Origin: Corallochytrium limacisporum Hawaii
Lineage: Eukaryota; Protista; Pluriformea
Length of the DNA: 64,000 nt
Reading direction: 5' to 3'
NCBI GenBank assembly: GCA_002811645.1
Contig: PDIP01000005.1
Location: 135,198-199,197 of the forward strand
Shown here: one piece after another, positions 42,912 to 52,833 of the stretch
Layout: each line of letters opens with the position of its first letter
Numbering within the stretch: the first letter of the stretch is position 1
The notes under the pieces: model-generated
The model's database searches: none
What the model was told of the DNA's origin: nothing
Seen by the model: only the letters and a program-made list of their open reading frames with translations
Position numbers and translations under genes: made by a program

Positions 42912-42944
42912 TAACTCATGGGCGTCGAGTCACCAGTCATGATG

Positions 42945-42985
42945 TACCGACTAAGCTAAAGAGGCGAAAAATTAATATATATATA
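42945..42985 (-). promoter_or_regulatory. Pol III promoter elements: extra A box TAGCTTAGTCGG (42958-42947) and TATA tract (42976-42985)
   Basis: Matches the A-box consensus TRGCNNARYNNG; lies upstream of the T-loop B box GGTTCGATTCC. Confidence 0.65.
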
Positions 42986-43131
42986 GCTTATGCATATTGG
43001 TGATCGGGAGTCTATTTATTTAATCTTTGCCGTAGCGAATTGCGTGAATGGAAATCTTGTTCATTACCTGCGTCACCATTGCAGGCCTTTTTAATGGTGA
43101 ACTAAACACACGATCCATGCCTATATTTTCA

Positions 43132-43410
43132 TTAAGTCTCTTCCTTCTTGACCAATCTATCCTCCAATTGCCGCACATACAATACATTATTGCACCGGAT
43201 GAGAACCTCGCCTAGCTTTCCTAGTTCCTTCCCTTGTGCGTACTCTACAGTGTCCTTCAATTTAATGTTCATGTAGTTGTCGTATGACACGAGTTTCCCT
43301 CTATACTCCAACCCCCATTTCAACTTCACAGCAATCTGCCTTCCCTTTTGAATTGAGAGAAACGGTTTGGGGTTAAAGGGCCATGGCGCCTCTACTTCTT
43401 GCTCTGTCAT
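43132..43410 (-). CDS. SNRPF: Small nuclear ribonucleoprotein F (SmF)
   Basis: [42 protein letters not shown]; ATG at 43410. Confidence 0.93.
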   Translation of the reverse strand: MTEQEVEAPWPFNPKPFLSIQKGRQIAVKLKWGLEYRGKLVSYDNYMNIKLKDTVEYAQGKELGKLGEVLIRCNNVLYVRQLEDRLVKKEET

Positions 43411-43808
43411 TCTGTTTGTTTTCAAAGTTGTGGTAGTCCAAGAGTCTTAGTCATGGTTATTTGTCCACCGTTTGGATATTCTGATCGTTTGTATTAGGTT
43501 CAAGACAAGTCACAGTCTCCGTACACAACTTTACACGCCACATAAATACCTACTGTGTGCTGTCTTCCCTTTTCTGCCATAGCCTGGTTGGCTCGTCCTC
43601 TGCCACATGCCAGAGGGCCTCCCAGCCCGGAGGGGGCACAAGGCGCGAAAGGCCGAAGTGAAGGGGGGCCCTATACGCGTACGAAATGAGGAGGAGCGAT
43701 ATACCCTCTGCGCAATCGATGGCAAGCGGTGGCAATGCACCATGGAGAGCTATGCATCTCTATGTCTGAAGCTGTATTGTAATTCTCGTTTACTCATGCA
43801 GTTGTGTT

Positions 43809-44468
43809 TTACTTTCTGCAGTCCGGACAAAACCATTTTCCTTTGGGAGCTTTCTCCAATCCTACACACTCGAAATGAAACCATTCAATCTTGCATTTCT
43901 TGCCGTCGCAGCCGATCATATTGCCGTGGAACGGACCCTTGCAGTAGCAGTAGGTAGCACTTCCCTCGGGGGCTTGTGAATTGGCGGCAGGCAGGACCTC
44001 ATTCTCAGCTTGCTGGACGCTGTCATTTGGTGCCGGCAATTCAGTTGGCTCTGCCGGAATTGTCTGTCGATTATTGATAGCGCTTTCGATTAGCGCCATT
44101 AGCGCGGCCGCGTCTGGGAAATCGTCAGCTGCCCCGTTGTCGTATCCTTCCATGTTCATTTCGACGAAGTCTTTTGCTAGCTTGGCCCGCTGTTCTTTAA
44201 CAAGTTCCACTGCTTGATGTGCCAAGATGACCCGCTGCTCCGCACGCTGTTCTGCTTCTCGGCAGTGGGCCAGAAGCCCCGCAATCTTGGCGCTACGTTC
44301 GTTCGCTGGCAAATCCAACAGACCCTGAATGTACCTTTCATCCATCTGGTCTGCTAACGCATCATCCTCTTCTTTGCTTAAATCTTTTATTAGAGAGTAG
44401 ATGCGTCGCAGTTCAGGCGGCAAAGTCTCGAGGGACACCAGGAAGTTCTCCAAATGAATGGACGACAT
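43809..44468 (-). CDS. ING-family PHD finger chromatin reader
   Basis: N-terminal LENFLVSLETLPPELRR; C-terminal PHD YCYC..GNMIGCD..CKIEWFHFECVGL..PKGKWFCPDC. Confidence 0.93.
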   Translation of the reverse strand: MSSIHLENFLVSLETLPPELRRIYSLIKDLSKEEDDALADQMDERYIQGLLDLPANERSAKIAGLLAHCREAEQRAEQRVILAHQAVELVKEQRAKLAKDFVEMNMEGYDNGAADDFPDAAALMALIESAINNRQTIPAEPTELPAPNDSVQQAENEVLPAANSQAPEGSATYCYCKGPFHGNMIGCDGKKCKIEWFHFECVGLEKAPKGKWFCPDCRK

Positions 44469-45721
44469 CCTTGTTTCTGTGTTTTTTTGGTGGTTTCTCC
44501 CGGTTGATCACTCACATAGTCTACACTGTTCTTCTTTTCACTGTGATCAGTACGTTATGATGTCGTCCATTTCTTTCAGCCGTCCATTAACAATTTACTC
44601 CTCGGCACAGTCCAAAATAACGACTCCCTTCATTTTCGCGCCTGAAGTACTCGCCCGTCACTACTACCAGTATCTCTGCGAGGGGCGCCTGTGCGCTGGT
44701 CCTTTCCCGAAGAAAGGGGAGGCCCCCCTCCCCCCGGGGGGAGAGGGGGCCGCCGGCCGGGCCACACCAGGCGCAGCGGTCCGGCGATGCCGGAGCCCAT
44801 TTGTTTTGGTGGCTCCTTTGGTAGATCCTTCTCGTTTGAGATGGTTCTTCCCGAAACAGTGGCGCGCACACCCACCCTTCGTATTCTCCCCGGAGGGCCC
44901 CTTCCTCTATTCTCTCGTTTTTGGTAGGGCCTCCACCAGTTTTCTTGCTGGCCGCACAGTTCCAAAAGAGGAGAAACCTCGTGCTTTCTTATGTGGGCTA
45001 GTGAACTTTGCGGCTTTTGGGAAATGCACTGCCGTCAAAGCGAACCCATGCAAAAATGTGCTTTGAATTGGGGAAGGCCGTCCGACATTGTCAGCTCTTT
45101 TTGAAATTGTTTTCGTTTTCTTTAGTGCCCGTTATGTTTCTTGTCCCGTGTTCTGGCTCTTTGTCCTGGAACACTTGGACGGTACAGTCCATGGAATCCA
45201 ATGACGACGTTGATTCCCCCTTTTGTTCCAGTGTACCACTACCAGTGCGACTGGTATCGGAGGTGCCCATTCTGACGGGAGTGGAGGACGAAGAAAATAG
45301 GTAAATGGTGATAAATTGACGAGAGAGCAAACTGATGCCCAGGAAAGCAAATGAAAACAGTTTCTTCTAGACTCTGCTGCTCTGTTTTTATCTTCCCATC
45401 TCTTGCCGGGAAGGTCATGCTCCTACGGGCAGTCTCGGTGACATGAAAAATGCACGGCCAAGACTGCGGACCCACCTGTTCTGTCATTGTTTGGGAGCCA
45501 TGTCGTCAGTGAACCTGATAGGTCTCTGTGTTCTTTAAGGGTGCATGCGCTCCTACATATGCTTGTACTGATTTGGCTTAAATTGTGCTCAGGGTTTAAT
45601 GTCCATCTACTTATGGTCTGTAAGGCGGAACAAGCGAAATAGTTGTTCGTGGCCCCTAAGGTTTGGTAGTGATTTTGCTTTAGTCAAGTACCAAACTTGA
45701 CACCCGAGTCATACTTCCAAG

Positions 45722-46633
45722 ATGGCACAGCCTCAGCCTCAACCTCAGCCTCAGCCTCCGGGTGCCACTTACGGTACTGGTCCTCAGACGACCGGTGGGT
45801 ATGCGGGACAGTATGGAGGATCGCAACCCCCGGGAGCCACGTTCTCCAACCAGCCAGGAGCCCAGCCCGACCCTGGCCAGCAACAGCAGCAACAGCAACG
45901 CCGCTTGTCCACCGCTGGTCAAAGCCTTTATGCTGCCCTGGGCGTGGAAAAGACGGCCACAGAAGATGAAATCAAGCGTGCTTACCGCAAGAAGGCTTTG
46001 AAATGCCACCCTGATAAGAACCCGTCTCCTCAGGCCCATGAGGAATTTGCAGAACTGAACCGGGTCTATCACATTCTTGCAGATAAACGCAAGCGGGAAA
46101 TCTACGACGAGAGCGGCAGTGTCGGTCTTCAAGCCTATGACCAGGGTGGTGAGGATATGTACAAGATCTACAAGATTGCCAAGAGCAAGCGCTTCCGCTT
46201 CTGCTTTGTGTTCTGCGGTATCATTACTCTGTGTTACTTCTGTTGCTGCTGTTGCTTCTGCTGTTGTGGTCGATGCGGACCCAAGCCTGAGGAGATGCAC
46301 GATGTGCCCACGGCTGCGGAAATGGAAGAGGAGGAACGACGGGAGAGCCGATACTATGGTGATGTGCCTCCAGGTGGATTCCCCCAGGGACCAGATCACC
46401 TGCATGAGGAACAGCCCAAGAAGGACGGAGACGGTCCCATCATTTTGGGAGCCCCGCCGCCTAGCACGGACGACCGTCCTATGAGCCCTCCCGTTGCCAA
46501 CATGGACGGTGCACCGCAACAGCCCATTATTCTGGGGCCACCTCCGTCGGCCCCTGGAGCAAGTAGTGACGCTAACAACAGTGGTGGACCGATCATTCTG
46601 GGACCTCCCCCTGGTGCGGACGAGAGCAAGTGA
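45722..46633 (+). CDS. DNAJC5: Cysteine string protein (DnaJ C5)
   Basis: RRLSTAGQSLY; J domain with HPDKN; KREIYD..GSVGL; cysteine string CYFCCCCCFCCCGRCGPKP. Confidence 0.92.
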   Translation: MAQPQPQPQPQPPGATYGTGPQTTGGYAGQYGGSQPPGATFSNQPGAQPDPGQQQQQQQRRLSTAGQSLYAALGVEKTATEDEIKRAYRKKALKCHPDKNPSPQAHEEFAELNRVYHILADKRKREIYDESGSVGLQAYDQGGEDMYKIYKIAKSKRFRFCFVFCGIITLCYFCCCCCFCCCGRCGPKPEEMHDVPTAAEMEEEERRESRYYGDVPPGGFPQGPDHLHEEQPKKDGDGPIILGAPPPSTDDRPMSPPVANMDGAPQQPIILGPPPSAPGASSDANNSGGPIILGPPPGADESK

Positions 46634-46863
46634 AAGAGAGGTGAGGATGATGAGGTTTATTTCCATTAGTGATCATCCGACACTGATGTTACAACAGATA
46701 GTCTCATTTCTCGATCTATCGTAGTTTCCATTTTGTACATTAGAACAGGATACAACACCAGACGGTTTACTATCACATAAACTAAACAAAGAACGCGAAA
46801 AGAAAAGAGGAGCTGTGTTTCTATTGAAATAAACTTGTTTTACTTTCGCATGCGAATGGAACA

Positions 46864-48321
46864 TCATGTGCTCTGCTGGACAATCTCGACAATGACCACC
46901 GTCACATTGTCCATGCTACCGGCCTCCAACGCTGTGTTGACCAAGGCTTCCGCTGCACCTTTCAATGATGCATTGCGCTTGCGGTGGTCCCCAACAAACT
47001 CGCAAACTTCCTCATACTTCATTACATCCCACAGACCATCACAGGCAAGGATGATGAACTCGTCACCATCTTCAAGGTCCACACAGCGAATGTCCGGCGT
47101 GCCAATGACAAATTGCTTCATACCTGCATCACCAATGCTCCTAGCCACGCTCAGCACACCATTCACCCGCCAAGTACCGTACCAAACCACCACACCTCCG
47201 GCGGCTTCAATCCGAGCCTTCTCGTCCTCCCGTTCTGGTTTGTGTGCCTGCATAAGGACCTTAGGTTGACCATTGCGACACAACACCGCCTGTGAGTCAC
47301 CGAGCCAGGCACAATAGAGTTTCTTTTCTGTGACAGTGACAGTCACGCAGGTGCTGCCGCACTTGAGATTGTCCCGGAGGCTCCGATTGATAAACGATTT
47401 GTCGGTGGCCAAAAATGAGTTGTGGAGTGCTTCTCGTATTTTTTCTTCGTTGTCAATCTCCGAGTCAGCGAGTGCACTGACATGACGAGCAAGAATCCAA
47501 GGAAAATGGCTCCGTGAGAACTCGGCCGCTTCCAGGCCGCCGTGTCCGTCAAAGACTCCGAAGAGTGCCACATTCGATGGTGCATTTGGGCACAACTGTT
47601 GGAGTGAGGGCAAGGCCACATGACTGTCTTCCATGGTTGGTCTACGACCCTTCTCGCTGTGGTGACTAATAGCGAACCTTTTGGCAAAGGCAGGCACCTC
47701 AGTACCATTCAGTCCTTGCAAGCCTCCGTCTGGATCAGTTGTCTTCAGACGTTCGTCCATAGCATTCATTACCGTAGTGGTGATTGTATGACCATCTACG
47801 ACTTCTTCCTGTTCATCTTCCCCCTTTTCTACGGTTTCTGCATGCTCAAAAGCACGGGGATCGCTATTCTGCCTACGTACCATCCGTGTTGACCCATCCC
47901 CGAACCCATTGGCCAACACACTTGCAGTGACCTCATTAGCCAATAGCAGTCTGTCTGTGTCCCGTTCTGGGTTGTTTGTCAACTGTTCCAGGTACCGATA
48001 TGCCAGTCCATACACTTCCGCCTCGAGTTCATCGAATCCAACGGTTGCAGGTACGTACGGTGGTGGAGTTCTAATCTTCAAATCGTCCACGTTCATTCCC
48101 TGGGCCCCCAGATCACCCTGGCTCATGGAAGTGGCGCTGAAACGGTGCATGTTCAATTTCTTACCGCGTAGAGTATTACTGCGAGGCCTACGATTCCTGC
48201 GCATTGGACCGCTCCCAGAACCGGCTGCTTCCTGGGCAGCCGGGGACTCGGGAACTGATAACGAGTCTGTGTTGGCGGCTATTGCTGAGCTATCGCCAAG
48301 GGCATTTTCAAGTCCCTCCAT
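46864..48321 (-). CDS. PP2C/PPM-family phosphatase (PPM1E/F-like)
   Basis: GRRPTMED, VFDGHGG, GSTC, AWLGDSQ, HKPEREDEKARIE..WRVNGVLSVARSIGD, LACDGLWD, GSMDNVT. Confidence 0.95.
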   Translation of the reverse strand: MEGLENALGDSSAIAANTDSLSVPESPAAQEAAGSGSGPMRRNRRPRSNTLRGKKLNMHRFSATSMSQGDLGAQGMNVDDLKIRTPPPYVPATVGFDELEAEVYGLAYRYLEQLTNNPERDTDRLLLANEVTASVLANGFGDGSTRMVRRQNSDPRAFEHAETVEKGEDEQEEVVDGHTITTTVMNAMDERLKTTDPDGGLQGLNGTEVPAFAKRFAISHHSEKGRRPTMEDSHVALPSLQQLCPNAPSNVALFGVFDGHGGLEAAEFSRSHFPWILARHVSALADSEIDNEEKIREALHNSFLATDKSFINRSLRDNLKCGSTCVTVTVTEKKLYCAWLGDSQAVLCRNGQPKVLMQAHKPEREDEKARIEAAGGVVVWYGTWRVNGVLSVARSIGDAGMKQFVIGTPDIRCVDLEDGDEFIILACDGLWDVMKYEEVCEFVGDHRKRNASLKGAAEALVNTALEAGSMDNVTVVIVEIVQQST

Positions 48322-50055
48322 TGTGTTAAATTCGACCTTTAGATCAGAATACTATGAAACGTGGAACACAACCGGAAACTCATCGAATGCTCATTGTGAA
48401 CTTTTCTCTAGTGCATGTATAAATTTCTACCGCCCTGGGATTAAAACTGAACAAGAAAGTCTACCAGTGAACTTGGAAGTGACCTCTTCAATCCTTGGTC
48501 TGCTGACACATGCCAGTTGGAAATACGTGGTGGGTATCAACAGACGACAGTCTCGTTTGATATTCTTTTGTTGCTTTATCTAGAAATTGTTCCGAAACCC
48601 CACTTCCGTTACCATCTCTTCCGTATTCGCTGTTTGTCCTCTGCCCATTCCTTTCAATCACCGACAATATTAGCAATCGTTTCCGTATTCTCTTTCCTTT
48701 TGCGTAGCCGACGAAAGTCACCGGAAACTGTCCTCCCCCCCCCCCCCCAACACAGCACAACGAGCACACAGGGCTAATTTACTTTCTACTTCCCTCTCTG
48801 CTGCCCGTCCTCGGCACCGCGTTCGGCGTATGAGCGCTGTAAAAAAACTACAGAAGAGGAAAACATGGGACGGCGTTGCGGCTGGGTCCTGGAAATCGAA
48901 GAATTCGATCTTCGAACAAATGCCAAAGCAGCAGCAAAAACTGTTACTTACAGACTATGTGTGCCAAACGACAGGAGTCTGCGCGGGCTGAGCGCGGCTC
49001 AATGCCGGAGGACACCAGCCATAAGAGAATTGACAGAAACCGTCCCGACGCCCCCAGTCATCCCAAAACACAGAAGCAGACACGGTGGTCGCCCCGGTCC
49101 AAACAGTAAGGGACCAGCAGGCACCCCTGGGCAACCAGGCTACAGCAATCACAAGCAGAGAAGCAGGCTGGTAAAGCACAGCCCCAGCAAACCCACAAAG
49201 GGCACACAGAGAACAAGGGACGATTGTAGCGGTGAACCACAGACTCTCTGGTGCATACTAAAACTATGGCAGTTCATAGAAGAGGCGCCAGGAAATAGGG
49301 GGCCGACCAATCCTTTCCCTCTGTGGCGATTGGTTGGAAACCGCGCAGCTTGCCTCCGCCCGTTTCCCCTGGCTTCTTTGTCGTCTTGCTGGATACTCCA
49401 GGGGTCAGCAGAAACTAGAGCCCGGAAGTTTTCTTAACACCAATAGTAAACGTTCTTCGACTCATGCTCTGTTTACTCTTTTTTTTACCCCTCCCTTTTC
49501 TCTTGCCTTCGCCAACCACGCGCAAACGTTCCCGTCCACAAGTCTTTCTCTCAGGTGCCCAAGTTAGACTAATTTGATATACGTAGAGTGGCATTTTTGA
49601 ACTTCCGGTCCGCCGTGGCTACTACCAAGTCTCCAATAGTCTCCACCTGCACAGGAAACTAGTTCCCCTTCTCCTCGTTGGGGGGTCACATGTGGAACCG
49701 TACAACAATCCCAGCGGTGTATAAGGAAAGACTGGGAGGAAGGCTGGGCAGCACCAGTGTGACACAAACACACGAACAGAAGGGCACGTCATTACGTACT
49801 GTGAATTGACCAAACCTGCTCCTTCTTTGCTGTCATGTTTTCCTACAGGTGAGTATTTCGTTACAGTATGGTATGAAAATAGTAAGATTTAAACGTCTTT
49901 GGGACTTTGTAAGCCCTCGCATAGATCTTATGTAGGATTCAGGGAACAGCACTTCAACTGAGCTTTCATTGAAGAACCATTGCATAAACTTTTACAAGAT
50001 ACTAGAGCCAGTTGATCTTTATGTAAGAGTTACAAAGGAACCTTAGAAAGCAGAA

Positions 50056-50922
50056 ATGCTCGTACGGATAGCATCTCGGGTCCGCCTTCTGGGACCCACT
50101 ACGGTCCGGGCAACCACGTTCCGAACCCTTGCTGCAAAGGCTGGGTCTGCGGCGAAGGGTGGCGACAGGGAAACCCGGCCTCAAGAAGGATCCATTGTTG
50201 CACAACCTCCTCCCGGCGTGATGTCCAAGCTGTATGAGCCGACTCTGTTTGGAGTCCCAAACAATTTCACAATGCGTACACTTTTGAAGGCAGGAGTACA
50301 ATACGGACATAGGAAAGGCACGCGGTGTGTGGAGGCCAAGGGTTATGTCGCCGGTGTGCGTGAAGGCATCTACCAAATTGATCTCGAACAGACCATTGTG
50401 CATTTGCGTCGGGCCTTGACGGTGGTACGTGAGGTTGCGTATGGAGGTGGCATTGTGCTTTTCGTCGGCACCCGCCCGAATACAGAAAAGATCATAATGG
50501 ATGCAGCCATGTCTGCTGGAGAGTACCATATCACACGGAAGTGGGTTCCTGGTACACTGACCAACATTAAGCAGACAATGGAAACGACTGTCATGCCGGA
50601 TGTAATCATCTTTCTGTCTCTTCCCCGGACACAGACTGCCGTTGCAGAAGCGAAGCTCGCGAGGGTGCCGAGCATTGGCATTGTGGACAGTGATTGCAAC
50701 CCGGACGATGTCACCTACCCAATTCCTGGCAATGATGACTCACCCGTGGCAATTCAGCTTTACTGTAACCTGTTTGTGGCTGCCATTCGGGAAGGTAAGA
50801 TGAAACGAAAGCTTGGCATCAGCTCCACAATGAACATGCTACCAAATGCTCAAGATGGTTCTGGACAGGGACAGCAGAGCAATAGAAAACGCTCCCTCCG
50901 TGGCATTGACAAGGGAAACTAG
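50056..50922 (+). CDS. MRPS2: Mitochondrial ribosomal protein uS2m
   Basis: Presequence; LLKAGVQYGH, IDLEQT, LFVGTR, KWVPGTLTN, IGIVDSDCNP..YPIPGNDDS. Confidence 0.93.
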   Translation: MLVRIASRVRLLGPTTVRATTFRTLAAKAGSAAKGGDRETRPQEGSIVAQPPPGVMSKLYEPTLFGVPNNFTMRTLLKAGVQYGHRKGTRCVEAKGYVAGVREGIYQIDLEQTIVHLRRALTVVREVAYGGGIVLFVGTRPNTEKIIMDAAMSAGEYHITRKWVPGTLTNIKQTMETTVMPDVIIFLSLPRTQTAVAEAKLARVPSIGIVDSDCNPDDVTYPIPGNDDSPVAIQLYCNLFVAAIREGKMKRKLGISSTMNMLPNAQDGSGQGQQSNRKRSLRGIDKGN

Positions 50923-51890
50923 AAATAGGAGACTCTATTTAATTGAGTGTGAATAGCACATCTCGACAGCATAATGAAGCAATATAGTACCATATAGTAT
51001 CATAGTCAAAATGCATGCAAGAACGTAAACAGAAACTGCGGGTGCAGCAATCTAATGTTTCTATTCATGTTTCTTGTTCTTTGTCAGGATTTGGGACCAG
51101 TTTGTCACGGTAGAACCATGGGCAACCGCTTTGACAGGAGCCCTCGTGTGTCTACTCAACTTTGCACGGTCTGATGCCGTAGAGGCTCGGTGTCCTTTAC
51201 TCGACAGTTTGGCAGAAGTGATGCGCAGGGCAATGTCAAGCCCAATGAAATTCTTGCGGTCCTGCTTGTCGGTGGGGGGAATGGGTTTTGCGTGGACCCA
51301 GTCAGTGAGGGAAATGGGAGGGATAATGTAACTGTTAATCAAAGAAGAATCATTGACTGGGAGTCTATTTATGTCGCCCATGTGGTTCTGTCGCTTGGGG
51401 CGAGTAGGTACCCTAGGAAAAGGGTACTGGTCCCCTATGCCGAATGGAATGAGAAATCGCTTCCCCGCGAGTAAAACCAGAGCAGAGTTCAACTTACATA
51501 ACACGATAGAGGGCACCTGGTGTGGGGCCTGTCGTGTACACACACATATGCGTATCCGCATTCCTCTCGTTCTCTCCCGCAAGACACCCGCCACACGCTA
51601 TGCGCTCCAGTTCTACATTTCATGCACCCACCCGTCCGTTGGTCATTCATGAGACACACGCGTGCCCAGAGGCACCTGCCTTTGTTACCAATTCTTTCTG
51701 TGGGTGTCAGTGTGTTCTGCAAACGACTGTCAAATCGTTCACTTTACACTGCATGTCTGAATCCCCGAACGGGCTACTTCAAGCCACGTTGCAATCCGGT
51801 TGACTTAGACAGCCGGCCGGCCGCGCACCTAGAACTCATATTTCTTGATAGGGAAGCGGAAACTCCTATGCGCAACACACAATACACAAA

Positions 51891-52604
51891 ATGAAAAAAC
51901 TGGATCAGCTCATGACTGCCCACGAGTCTGACTCAGACTCTGAGACCGGCGATATTGCCAACGGAAGTGATGGCTTTGCTGACAACGCCGGTACCATTTC
52001 GCTGGACAAGGCCGCTGAGAATAAGATCAAAACTGCTTTGCAGTCCGGAAGACATGCCACTGAGGATGACGATGAGCGTGGTGTGCTGTACATTGGACAT
52101 CTTCCATTCGGTTTCTATGAGAAGCAGCTCCGGGAATATCTCAGTCAGTTTGGTGAAGTGACTCGCGTGCGGGTAAGCCGGAGCAAGAAGACCGGTAGAG
52201 CGAAAGGCTATGCCTTTGTTGAATTCAAGTACAAAGAAGTAGCAGAGGTGGTGCAGGAAACCATGGATAAGTATCTGATGTTCGGAAGAATGCTGGATTG
52301 CAAATTGATGGCCGAAGATGACATTCACCCCGCACTTTTTAAGGGTGCAAATTCAAAATTCCGTCGAATCAACTGGACAGAAATGGCAAAACGTACTCAT
52401 AACAGAGAGCGGTCAAAATCTGATGAAAAGCGCAGATCTTCTCGGATAGCCTCACGATCTTCCAAGCGGCAAGCAAAATTAGCTGCTCTTGGCCTCGATG
52501 TGGACCCACCAATTAGTGGCAGGTCCCAGCTGTCTCAGAAAGCCGAGAAGCTGGCGAAAGGCAAAGCAAGAAAGTCTAAGTCGAAGAAGAACGTGAAGGC
52601 ATAA
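51891..52604 (+). CDS. NIFK: Nucleolar RRM protein Nop15/NIFK
   Basis: GVLYIGHLPFGFYE, SRSKKTGRAKGYAFVEF, ETMDKYLMFG, IHPALFKG. Confidence 0.93.
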   Translation: MKKLDQLMTAHESDSDSETGDIANGSDGFADNAGTISLDKAAENKIKTALQSGRHATEDDDERGVLYIGHLPFGFYEKQLREYLSQFGEVTRVRVSRSKKTGRAKGYAFVEFKYKEVAEVVQETMDKYLMFGRMLDCKLMAEDDIHPALFKGANSKFRRINWTEMAKRTHNRERSKSDEKRRSSRIASRSSKRQAKLAALGLDVDPPISGRSQLSQKAEKLAKGKARKSKSKKNVKA

Positions 52605-52833
52605 ATAGACCAATCCAACGTGTCCCAATAAAAATATTTGAAATTTCGCATGGTCAAATTGTAGCATATGATTTAGAATTGAATTTCAACATACAGTATC
52701 GACATAATTGAATTCGACCGGAACACGTGCCTAAGATTGAATTGATGGGTACCTGTAGTTAGATCGCGACCGCTATATTCTGCTGAGCTGATTCAATACT
52801 ACCATTAATCACATTCGAAGACTTCTATTTGAA

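Noticed and set aside
42855-42965. Conventional tRNA with a D-loop intron, using GCCTCTTTAGCTTAGTCGGTA as the 5' exon
   Set aside because: GCCTCTT cannot pair with the 3' acceptor strand CGCCTCC, whereas the downstream GGGGGCG pairs fully and gives G3:U70.
45680-46666. 328-aa minus-strand ORF
   Set aside because: Antisense shadow of the cysteine string protein gene with no domain features.
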